DNA of 64,000 bases from an uncultured bacterium (lineage in GTDB: Bacteria > Chloroflexota > UBA5177 > JANWHV01), in NCBI GenBank assembly GCA_963827235.1, contig CAWHAE010000009.1, forward strand, positions 1,184,001 to 1,248,000. Direction: 5' to 3'. The translations under genes were made by a program, and so were the position numbers. Below, in pieces: positions 55,977 to 64,000 of the stretch (the first letter of the stretch is position 1; each line of letters opens with the position of its first letter). Below the pieces are notes generated by a model. That model was not told the origin of the DNA. It saw nothing but the letters and a program-made list of their open reading frames with translations, and did not search any database.

Positions 55977-56155
55977 CGGGCGTTCCCGTTCGGAGTAGAC
56001 GTGCAGCGTCGCCCGAAATGTTACCACGGTCCATGCAGTTACCGGCCGGACCCAGGCGTGTTGAGCGTGAAAGACGTGCGCGCCTGTTGACCGGCGGGCT
56101 CCCCGGCACTAGACTGGCGCTGTGGCAGGTGTCGTTGAGCGAGGGAGGACTGGGC

Positions 56156-57322
56156 ATGCATGGTATGTCTCGCTATGCCGCGGTAGCCGCGATTATCGTC
56201 CCCCTTCTTCTGGCGTTCGTTCCAGCACACCGGGCGGCTCAAGCGGGCTGCACGGGATTCCCCAACATCGGCGTGCTCGCCCTGGGGCCCAACGGCACAC
56301 TCCTCGCGGGCACGCGAGACGGGCACGTCTACCGGAGCGTGATCGGCCAGCTCTGCTGGGTGGAGCTGTCCAGCTACCCGCGCGGCGTGGAGATCGGCAC
56401 GGTGGTGGTGCCGCCCGGTAGACCGCACACGATTCTGGCTGGCGGTAGCTGGGTGGCCAGCAACACTCCCGAGAGCCAAGTACTCTATCGCAGCGAGGAC
56501 GATGGGGCGACGTGGACCGCCGCGACGGCCGGACTGCCGCACACGCCGATCCTGCCGGTGAGCATCGCCGTCTCGGCGGGCAGCACGCTGGTGCTCTCGT
56601 ACGTCTGCCAGAAGGATCATCTGGCTACGCAGAAGAATCGACTCTGCCCGCAAGGACTGGCTCGCAGTGTCGACGGCGGCCGTCTGTGGCATCCGGTCGG
56701 TCCACCGGCTGTAGACGCTCGCAATGTCGTTGCCCTGCCCGACGACACGTTCCTGGCTCTTCTGGCACTGAAAGAGAGCAGCGCCGGATCCGTCTACCAT
56801 CATCCGGCGGCGCTCTTCCGCTCGGCAGACGACGGCCTGACCTGGAAGCCGGTGACGACACTCTCCGGCACTGAAGATCGAAATGCGCTGTCACACCTGG
56901 AAGGGATCTCCTCCTTTTTCGCCGTACCCTGGAACCCGGCGGATCTCTTGATCGGCACCGACTTCATCTATTTCACTGCCATTGCCTTCCGATCGCACGA
57001 TGGCGGAGCGCACTGGTCTCTTGTGTGGGCTGCCGTGAAGGCAAAGGTGCATAACGCGCTGGCCGAGCCGGCGGTCGTCGCGTTCGCCGCGTTGCCCAAG
57101 ACGCACACCCTGCTGTTCACCGACTGGGGCGCGATTTACCGCTCCGTCGACGGTGGCACGACCTGGGATTGCACCACTATTACACCGGCTGCGGACGCCA
57201 CGCACCCCTTCCGCTTCTGGAGTCTGCTGGTCGCTTCAGACGGCTCCACGGCCTACGCCGGAGGGGTCGCGGGCCTCTACCGCAGCGCCGACGATGGGCT
57301 GTCGTGGAGTAAGCTCCCGTAG
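56156..57322 (+). CDS. Secreted Asp-box (BNR) repeat beta-propeller protein
   Basis: Signal peptide; six S-x-D-x-G-x-x-W boxes (RSEDDGATW, RSVDGGRLW, RSADDGLTW, RSHDGGAHW, RSVDGGTTW, RSADDGLSW). Confidence 0.88.
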   Translation: MHGMSRYAAVAAIIVPLLLAFVPAHRAAQAGCTGFPNIGVLALGPNGTLLAGTRDGHVYRSVIGQLCWVELSSYPRGVEIGTVVVPPGRPHTILAGGSWVASNTPESQVLYRSEDDGATWTAATAGLPHTPILPVSIAVSAGSTLVLSYVCQKDHLATQKNRLCPQGLARSVDGGRLWHPVGPPAVDARNVVALPDDTFLALLALKESSAGSVYHHPAALFRSADDGLTWKPVTTLSGTEDRNALSHLEGISSFFAVPWNPADLLIGTDFIYFTAIAFRSHDGGAHWSLVWAAVKAKVHNALAEPAVVAFAALPKTHTLLFTDWGAIYRSVDGGTTWDCTTITPAADATHPFRFWSLLVASDGSTAYAGGVAGLYRSADDGLSWSKLP

Positions 57323-57384
57323 TCGAGGCAGTCCTCTGCGCGGTGAGCTCCGGGTAGAGGCTAGATGGGCAAGAGGAGGAGCTT

Positions 57385-58341
57385 ATGGCCAATCGACCGG
57401 ACCTGGTTATCCGCTCGCTGCACGAGGATGAGCTTGCCGTCGCCGACAGTATCTACCGGCGGTCTTTCGGCACCTTCGTGGGCCTGCCCGACGCGGAGTC
57501 GTTCGGGGCCGACTCCGACTTGATCGGCAGCCGGTGGCGGGCCGATCCGGCGCGGGTGCTCGCCGCCGTGGACCACGGCAGCCTGGTCGGCACGTGCATC
57601 GCGACCAATTGGGGGAGCTTCGGCTTCTTCGGCCCGCTCACGGTGAGTCCGGAGCGATGGGATCAGGGGATAGGCAAGGCTCTGATGGGTGCCGTGATGC
57701 AGCACTTTGCCGCCTGGCATATCGGCCACCTGGGCCTTTTCACCTTCCCACACAGCACCAAGCACCTGCATCTCTACGAGCGATTCGGCTTTCACGCCCG
57801 CTTTCTCACTTCGATGATGTCGAAGACTCCCGAGCCCCGGGCCAACACAGACGCGCGGTGGTCCGACTTTGCCGCGCTGACGGCGGACGAGCGCGGAACG
57901 GCGCTGCAGGACTGCCGAGCGGTGGCCGATGCCGTGTTCGAAGGCCTCGACCTGACGGGGGAGATCGAGGCGGTGCACGCGCAACGGGCCGGCGACACGG
58001 TCCTGCTGCTCGATGGCGACCGGACGAGCGGATTTGCCGTCTGTCACTGTGGAGCCGGCACCGAGGCGACCGGAGGCGAGTGCTACGTCAAGTTTGGCGC
58101 GGTGCGTCCGGGCTCAGGGGCCGGATCGCGGTTCGCGCACCTGCTGGACGCATGCGAGGCGTTCGCCGCCGCGCGCGGCCTGGGACGGGTGAGTGCCGGG
58201 GTCAACCTCGGCTGCGATGCGGCGTACGATGAGATGCGCCGACGGGGCTTTCGCATGGATTACACCGGAGTCGCCATGCAGCAGCCCAACGGGCCGGGCT
58301 ACAACCGGAGCGATCGCCACGTGATCTCGGACTGGCGCTGA
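57385..58341 (+). CDS. Tandem GNAT N-acetyltransferase
   Basis: GPLTVSPERWDQGIGKALM, HLYERFGF; second GNAT-like half; AGGAGGAG RBS. Confidence 0.88.
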   Translation: MANRPDLVIRSLHEDELAVADSIYRRSFGTFVGLPDAESFGADSDLIGSRWRADPARVLAAVDHGSLVGTCIATNWGSFGFFGPLTVSPERWDQGIGKALMGAVMQHFAAWHIGHLGLFTFPHSTKHLHLYERFGFHARFLTSMMSKTPEPRANTDARWSDFAALTADERGTALQDCRAVADAVFEGLDLTGEIEAVHAQRAGDTVLLLDGDRTSGFAVCHCGAGTEATGGECYVKFGAVRPGSGAGSRFAHLLDACEAFAAARGLGRVSAGVNLGCDAAYDEMRRRGFRMDYTGVAMQQPNGPGYNRSDRHVISDWR

Positions 58342-58593
58342 AGACTTCCCCGCACGCCGGCGCCGCAGGCAGACACCCAGCCGGCCACGCCTGCCGGAGC
58401 GTGGTCAGCGCCGCTCTCGCGCATTCGAATCTGCCGGTGGACACCTGCCGACGCCGGTGAGTCGTCCACGCGAGGTTGCCGGCCCGGCAGAGCCTTCCTG
58501 TACCATCAACGGTGTGGCGCGTGTCTCTCCGGTGCAGTAAGCTCTCGGCATCGGGGTGACGTTGCCGGAGTTGATGTCGTAAGGCATGCGTGG

Positions 58594-59907
58594 ATGGTCC
58601 GGGAAAGAGGGCGCGGCACGGTTATCGGGCGGCTGCCGAGCCTGCGCCGTGTTCTGGCTCAACGAGGTCGCCCGAGGGGACACCCCGTGGCGGTCCTTGC
58701 GCTTGCCGTGGGTGTGTTGGCGCTCCTGGTGTCGCTGCTGCTTGGCACCGGCCGGCAGCCCGGTCGAGCGGCATTCAGCACTGCCGGCTGCGTCTGGGGC
58801 GACCCGGCGCTGCAAGCCGAGGAGCAGCGTGCCGTGGCCGCCGTGTGGGCGGACAATCTCTCGCGGCGCTACGCCATCGTGCACCCTAGCCGAGCCTACG
58901 CCGGCGTGTGGCTGCGCGACTCGTTCTGGACTTTTCTCGCCGCCGGCGACGTGCATCTGGCCGGTCGCGCCCTGCGGCATTTTGCCATGCGCCAACAAGC
59001 AAATGGTCAGGTTCCGACCCAGTTCGTCGACTTCCTGCGGCAACCGCTCTATCGCGCCGACGAGTCGACGCTCCTTTACCTCATCTGGGCGGAGTGGCAG
59101 GCGCGCCACGACGGCTGGCTGCCGGCTCGCCCTTCCCTGGCGCGAGCGCTGGCCTACGTGCGGCAGCAGAGCCGCAGCGGCTGGTACGTGAGTCGAGCAG
59201 GCAGTTATGCCGACTGGTTCGACGGCTACCGGCTGCCGCAAGCCGATACGCTGAGCTATACTCAGGGGCTCTATGTCGATGCTCTGCTGGCCGCTCGGGC
59301 GGAGGGCCAGGACGTTCGCCCGGCCGAGATCGGGGCGGCCATCGCGGCCTACCGCGCCCTTGCCGATCCCCACGACGGCTACCTTCGCTTCAGCCGCTTG
59401 CACGCCTATCACGACGTCAGCGGGCTCACCGGGGAGTTCCTGGCCGAGTGGCTGTTTGGGCGAGATCTGCTACCGGATGCCACGGTCTCGGCTACTCTAC
59501 GCACCCAGCCCCGCTATGGCAACGGCTTTCGCGTCGTGACGAACGCCGATGGCACATACCTGAGTCCGCACCTGTTCGTGACCCATGAGTTCCCGGGTGA
59601 CTATCAGAACGGCGGCTCATGGCTGCTCTACGACTACCTGGCCTTGGCGACCGGCTGCGCGCACCACGTCGGCGGAACGGGCGCCGCTTTAGCCGCGCGT
59701 CTGCGCCTGGAGTTTCGCCGTGGTGCCGTCCTGCACGAGTATCTGAACACCGATCCCACGTCTGCGTTGGCGGGCGGTGAGCCCTCGGTTCGCGACAACT
59801 TCTCCTGGGATACGTTCATCCTGCAGGTGGATCGGTTTCTGCACGCACAGGCCGCGCCGGTCGCGCGGTCCACGCCGGGCGGCGCCAGGGTGCGCCCCGC
59901 TCAGTGA
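58594..59907 (+). CDS. Membrane-anchored (alpha/alpha)6-barrel glycoside hydrolase-like protein; start uncertain
   Basis: N-terminal hydrophobic segment, YAGVWLRDSFW, QQANGQVP, DWFD, YQNGGSWLLYD, LHEY. Confidence 0.7.
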   Translation: MVRERGRGTVIGRLPSLRRVLAQRGRPRGHPVAVLALAVGVLALLVSLLLGTGRQPGRAAFSTAGCVWGDPALQAEEQRAVAAVWADNLSRRYAIVHPSRAYAGVWLRDSFWTFLAAGDVHLAGRALRHFAMRQQANGQVPTQFVDFLRQPLYRADESTLLYLIWAEWQARHDGWLPARPSLARALAYVRQQSRSGWYVSRAGSYADWFDGYRLPQADTLSYTQGLYVDALLAARAEGQDVRPAEIGAAIAAYRALADPHDGYLRFSRLHAYHDVSGLTGEFLAEWLFGRDLLPDATVSATLRTQPRYGNGFRVVTNADGTYLSPHLFVTHEFPGDYQNGGSWLLYDYLALATGCAHHVGGTGAALAARLRLEFRRGAVLHEYLNTDPTSALAGGEPSVRDNFSWDTFILQVDRFLHAQAAPVARSTPGGARVRPAQ

Positions 59908-61147
59908 CGGGGATACAGGAGCGTAACGTCACCAGCACCAGGAGCGCATTGCGCAGCAGGATACTTGCCATGAACAGCGGGTGGCGCGGTAGCCGGACGA
60001 GGCTGTGATCGAGGGTATAGGCATAGGGGTAGATCACGAGCGTCAGAGCGGCGAGCAGCAGCCAGCGAAGGCGCAGTCCGTCCACGTAGGCTGCCAGCGG
60101 GAAGAGCCACAGGAAGTACTGTGGGCTGAGCAGCTTGCTCGTGCACAGAACGGTGAGCAGCAGCTGGATAGCGAGCTGCTGCGCCGTTTCCTTGCCCCGT
60201 GCCGCCCGCCAGCAGACGAAGAGCGTTCCGGCGAGGAGCAGCAGCGTCGAGACGCCGGCGGCGAAGCTCGACCATGGCCCTTCGACGTTGACCGAGTGAT
60301 AGGTGAGCCGGACGCTGGCGTGTCCGCTCGCGTTGCCGGCGAGCCAGAGCAGCGATCCGGCAACGGACTCGATCTGGGGCGGGCGCGCGGCGTTGTAGTG
60401 CAGTGGAGCCAGAAACCCACCGGGATTGAGCGCCAGAAACGGCAGCGCGCCTGCCAACACGACCAGCACGAACAGCAGCAATTCGCGTAGCGGCACTCGA
60501 CCGCTCGAGCGCCACTGGAAGATGGCCAGCACAGGCACGAGCAGACCTGGGTAGAGCTTGAGCAACGTCGCCGCGCCCAGCAGCACGTAGGCAGCGCCGT
60601 ACCGCGATCGCTCGACCAGCACCAGAGCGCCGAGCACCAGCACACCCGGTATGAGGTCATAGCGTTCCAGGGTAGTGCCCCAGCCGCCGATCAGCACGTA
60701 CGCGCCGCAGGCCACTGCACAGAGGAACAAGCGCCGGCGGACAAGGAAGCCGACCGCGCCGGCCAGGACCAGGGCAACGAGCACCATGTACGCCACGGGG
60801 TACGAGGCGCCGGGCCACAGCAGCGGCAACGAGAACCACAGCAGAGCCGGAGCCGGGTATTCGCGCGGCATGGTGTGGAAGGAGTTCGGGATAGATGTCC
60901 AGAACAGCCAGCGATGGTCGGCACAGTAGCGCATGAGCGGAGCGTCGTGGAGCGCCGCCGTTCCGCGCCAGAAGCCGCGGGCGTAGCACTCGTAGGCGAA
61001 TACGTCGTCATTGGGAATCATGCCGCCGCGCGTATGCAGGTAGGTGAAGTCGGCGCCGAGGGCGATGGCAAGCAGGACAAGCACCACGGCGCCGGCGGCA
61101 AAGCGCGGCACCGGCAATCGGACCCCAGCGAGCCCGCGGCGATCCAC
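59816..61147 (-). CDS. GT-C membrane glycosyltransferase (GT87/DUF2029-like)
   Basis: D...YE.YA, REYPAPAL, RYDL.P, LKLYP, KLLSPQYFLWLFP; multiple TM; 3' end overlaps the convergent GH gene. Confidence 0.8.
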   Translation of the reverse strand: MDRRGLAGVRLPVPRFAAGAVVLVLLAIALGADFTYLHTRGGMIPNDDVFAYECYARGFWRGTAALHDAPLMRYCADHRWLFWTSIPNSFHTMPREYPAPALLWFSLPLLWPGASYPVAYMVLVALVLAGAVGFLVRRRLFLCAVACGAYVLIGGWGTTLERYDLIPGVLVLGALVLVERSRYGAAYVLLGAATLLKLYPGLLVPVLAIFQWRSSGRVPLRELLLFVLVVLAGALPFLALNPGGFLAPLHYNAARPPQIESVAGSLLWLAGNASGHASVRLTYHSVNVEGPWSSFAAGVSTLLLLAGTLFVCWRAARGKETAQQLAIQLLLTVLCTSKLLSPQYFLWLFPLAAYVDGLRLRWLLLAALTLVIYPYAYTLDHSLVRLPRHPLFMASILLRNALLVLVTLRSCIPVTERGAPWRRPAWTARPARPVRAETDPPAG

Positions 61148-61173
61148 GTTACGCCAGCGCCGGAGCGCCGGCT

Positions 61174-62406
61174 TCACGCGATCCACCGGCCTCGCACGAA
61201 GACGATGGTGAAGAGCGCCAGCAGACCGACAGAACAGACGGTGATCAGCCTGTCGCTCGCTCGTGGACGCCCGAGCAGGGCGAGTGCTATGAACGGTGGG
61301 AACACGGTCAGATCGAATCGCGCGATGGACAACAGGGCGAGCGGCTGGCCCGGCATTGCCGTGGGAGACATGAGCACGACCAGCATCACGGCGCTGGCGT
61401 ATGCCGTGTACGAGCGGCGCAGCCTGGTGCTGCCCCATGCGATCAGACCCAGGAAGAGCAGGGCAAAGGCAACGTCCACGAGCGACTGCGCCGCCAGCGA
61501 GTTTCTGGTGTGCGGCGAATACTGGGCGAGCGGATGCATGATCCGGCCGGCGTCCTCCAGCAAGCCCTGCCACGGCAGGGCGAATACGCGGTGCCACGCC
61601 TCCTGTGCACGTAGAAAGAGCAGGGCGTCTCCAAAGCGCGCCTGCAGATAGACCATGTAGGTGAGGAGGCCCGTTGGCACGAGCAGGAGGGCCGGCGCAA
61701 CCTTCAGCCAGCCGTCCGGCTTGCTCTCGTCGCGCAGCGCATCATAGAGCTCGAGTGCAAAAGGAATAACCAGTGCGACACCGAGCTGCCGCGTGAGACA
61801 CGCCGCCATGCCGCAGAACCCGGCAAGCCACCACCGGCGCAAGCGCAGCGCGCAGAGGCAGCCCACGCAGCAGAGCAGATACAAGGACTCGGAATAGGCG
61901 GCAAAGAAGAACAGCGCGGTAGGAAAGACGGCCAGGTAGAACACCGCGCGGTCGGCCGTGTCGACATCGAAGTCGATCAGCACCAGGCGATGAAACACGT
62001 ACAGGCAGGCAAGGAAACTGATGTTGGTCACCAGCAGCCCGGATTCGTACGCGGGAATGGCCGTCACCAGGCTCGTGACGTGCGTGAGCAAGGGGAAGAG
62101 CGGGAAGAAAGCCACGTCCGATTGGACGGGCGGCGCCTGCCAGGAGTAGCCGTGATTGGCGACCCGCACGTACCATAGCACGTCCCATCGCTCCCAGAGG
62201 GCAGCGAGGCCCACGGCGTGGCCGGCCACGTCGTAGAACAGCCTGCCGGTAAGCAGGCTGATCATGGTCAACACGACGTGGTTGACCAGAAACGCGGAGC
62301 CGGCGACCCAAGCACTGGACCGCCGACTCGAAACCCGTTCCGACGTCGAGTGTTGAGCCCAACCCACGACCATATGTTCCGACATGAGTGCTTCAATGAG
62401 GCTCAA
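61174..62406 (-). CDS. PIG-V-like (GT76-type) polyprenol-phosphate mannosyltransferase family protein
   Basis: WERWDVLWY..VA.HGY, AFFPLFP, FPTALFF.A.YSESLYL, TRQLG, FL.AQ..W. Confidence 0.85.
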   Translation of the reverse strand: MSLIEALMSEHMVVGWAQHSTSERVSSRRSSAWVAGSAFLVNHVVLTMISLLTGRLFYDVAGHAVGLAALWERWDVLWYVRVANHGYSWQAPPVQSDVAFFPLFPLLTHVTSLVTAIPAYESGLLVTNISFLACLYVFHRLVLIDFDVDTADRAVFYLAVFPTALFFFAAYSESLYLLCCVGCLCALRLRRWWLAGFCGMAACLTRQLGVALVIPFALELYDALRDESKPDGWLKVAPALLLVPTGLLTYMVYLQARFGDALLFLRAQEAWHRVFALPWQGLLEDAGRIMHPLAQYSPHTRNSLAAQSLVDVAFALLFLGLIAWGSTRLRRSYTAYASAVMLVVLMSPTAMPGQPLALLSIARFDLTVFPPFIALALLGRPRASDRLITVCSVGLLALFTIVFVRGRWIA

Positions 62407-62586
62407 TAGACGCCCCGGCGCTCGAATGAGGCCGCTTCGGTCTCATAATACACCGGTAGCGTCTGATACACTATGCTCCTGTCCGTGAGTGTCCTTCACC
62501 GAGTTCATCTCGCGCTAAGGCGCGCTCTGCTATGGTACGACGAGATGTCCATAGCTCAGGCCGCATGGCGGCATACACTATCGAAC

Positions 62587-64000
62587 ATGGCACGGTTGGC
62601 TCACCGGTCTCACGTGTGCTGCGCGCTCGCGGTCCGAGCACTGGCGGTCCTGGCACTCTGCGTGGCCCTCGGGTGCTTCGGCTCGCTGTACCCCCAGGTG
62701 TCGCGCGCGGACTCGATCGCGCGAACGAAGCAGCAGCTTCTCACGGAAGCCGAGCGCGCGGCTGCCGCGATGCCGCACCGGCGTGCCGGCTACCCGCTGC
62801 TGGCCAGCTACAACGGCTTCGCGCTGGCCACGGACGTGCCCGCCTACGCCTACTACAATCTCGTCATTGCCTCGCAGGACGCCAACGTAGGAGCGCCCAG
62901 CCCTCTGGCGCTGTTGCGTTTGGCCAATCCCAAGGTGATTGCGCTCCTCTACCAGCGCACGCTGCAGGTCGACTACCCGCTGATACACCAGTACTACGGC
63001 ACGAACGCGCTGTATCCGGGATGGTGGCTGCTGCGGGCGGGATCCGTCCTGAAGACCAATATCAACGCCACGCAGCGCTGGATTCCGGTGCAGGACCCCT
63101 CGCGCTTTCAGATCTACGACGACGTACTCGTGGATGGCGAGACCATGCACGTGGTGGGCAAGTACGGCGTCGCCCTGATCGTGCAACGCGGCTTCTACAG
63201 CCGGGCGGTGCCCCACAAGCTGGGCGCGCGCATCGCGGCCCACTACAGCTACCGCGTGGATCTGCAGAACAGCGTGATCACGGGACCGAGCGAGAATCGC
63301 CGCCCGTGGTCGCTCAACCTGTCCGCCACGTGCCCGCGCGACAGGCAGGGGCGGACCTGGGACGATTTCCTGACCGGCTTCCTGCGCAATCGGCTGCGGG
63401 CGGGCAGCTGGAACGGCATATTCCTGGACAACACCGACCAGACTCCGCGTGACCCGACGGTCGACGTCAACAACGACAACCAGCCCGACGGCGGCATAGT
63501 GGGCGGGGTGAACGTCTGGCGCCAGGGTGAACTGGGGCTCATGGCCGGCTTGCGCCGGCTGGTGCCCGGCGTGCTGATCCTGGACAACGGCACTCTGGTA
63601 AGCGGTGGAGTAGCCAACGGCCGTGAGTTCGAGAACTTCGCCCTCTCCGGCTCAGCCTATGCGGCGGGCATGCGCGACTACACGTTGTGGCCGCAGCTCG
63701 TGGCAGCTCCGCGCTTGCTGGTGGTCAACCCGGACACGCAGGAGCATCCGCACTACGATCTGCGCGCCATGCGGTTTGGACTGGCGTCGGCCCTGCTGGG
63801 CGACGGTCTGTACGCCTACGACGAGGGATGGCACCACCATGGTGCCGCCTGGATGTTCGACGAATACGACGACGGCGCCGGCACGGCGCTGCTCAATGAT
63901 ACGCCGGTCACCGCGACATACCTGGACGTGAGGAGCCCGGCGCAGTTCCGAGTCGGCGACATGCTCATCGTGGGGCGCGAGCAGATGCGGGTTACCGGCG
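62587..64000 (+). CDS. Secreted putative glycoside hydrolase (GHL15-like TIM barrel), partial; runs off right edge and is absent from ORF track
   Basis: Open frame from ATG 62587: signal-like N-terminus, LRLANPKVIALLY, WNGIFLDN, DVNNDNQPD, NGREFENF, MRFGLASALLGDGLYAYD, WMFDEYD. Confidence 0.75.
   Translation, partial: MARLAHRSHVCCALAVRALAVLALCVALGCFGSLYPQVSRADSIARTKQQLLTEAERAAAAMPHRRAGYPLLASYNGFALATDVPAYAYYNLVIASQDANVGAPSPLALLRLANPKVIALLYQRTLQVDYPLIHQYYGTNALYPGWWLLRAGSVLKTNINATQRWIPVQDPSRFQIYDDVLVDGETMHVVGKYGVALIVQRGFYSRAVPHKLGARIAAHYSYRVDLQNSVITGPSENRRPWSLNLSATCPRDRQGRTWDDFLTGFLRNRLRAGSWNGIFLDNTDQTPRDPTVDVNNDNQPDGGIVGGVNVWRQGELGLMAGLRRLVPGVLILDNGTLVSGGVANGREFENFALSGSAYAAGMRDYTLWPQLVAAPRLLVVNPDTQEHPHYDLRAMRFGLASALLGDGLYAYDEGWHHHGAAWMFDEYDDGAGTALLNDTPVTATYLDVRSPAQFRVGDMLIVGREQMRVTG

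Noticed and set aside
55977-56155. LexA/SOS box upstream of the DUF488-RecQ operon
   Set aside because: Only GAAC half-sites in direct orientation; no GAAC-N4-GTTC palindrome
58405-58590. Short minus-strand frame MPYDINSGNVT.. between GNAT and GH genes
   Set aside because: No RBS or family signature recognised

Overview
High-GC bacterial chromosomal DNA; gene style suggests Chloroflexota or a related soil terrabacterium (inference only). In order: a partial sufU/iscU, a membrane protein, maf, tryptophanase and a PfkB kinase. Next is a short dcw cluster (mraZ-rsmH-ftsL-ftsI-murF-mraY) whose promoter carries a perfect DnaA box and 10-bp-phased MraZ boxes, followed by a PNPOx-family gene and an M48 peptidase. 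A ~19.2-kb block (14452-33848) is bracketed by two diverged copies of the 3' end of a proA-like gene, the layout of an island integrated into that gene. It carries stress/dormancy genes (USP, two BON proteins, PRC-barrel, Hsp20, AqpZ, a TspO remnant, a baeRF-like protein, DUF1003, DUF2721) and two giant SARP/BTAD-STAND regulators; each regulator is flanked by its own pair of matching, outward-facing promoter-like motifs. Then come a LacI-controlled sugar ABC/GH1 operon with a decayed mirror copy, an orphan OppA, an ABC exporter, a polyprenyl synthase and a TetR/MFS pair. A translationally coupled DUF488-DUF488-(dual-OB/TPR/RecQ fusion) operon follows, then an Asp-box protein, a GNAT and a surface-glycan cluster (GH, GT87-like, PIG-V-like, GHL15-like) that runs off the right edge. 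No rRNA, tRNA, CRISPR, integrase or transposase was recognised. All family calls are from motif recognition by eye; no database searches were run.
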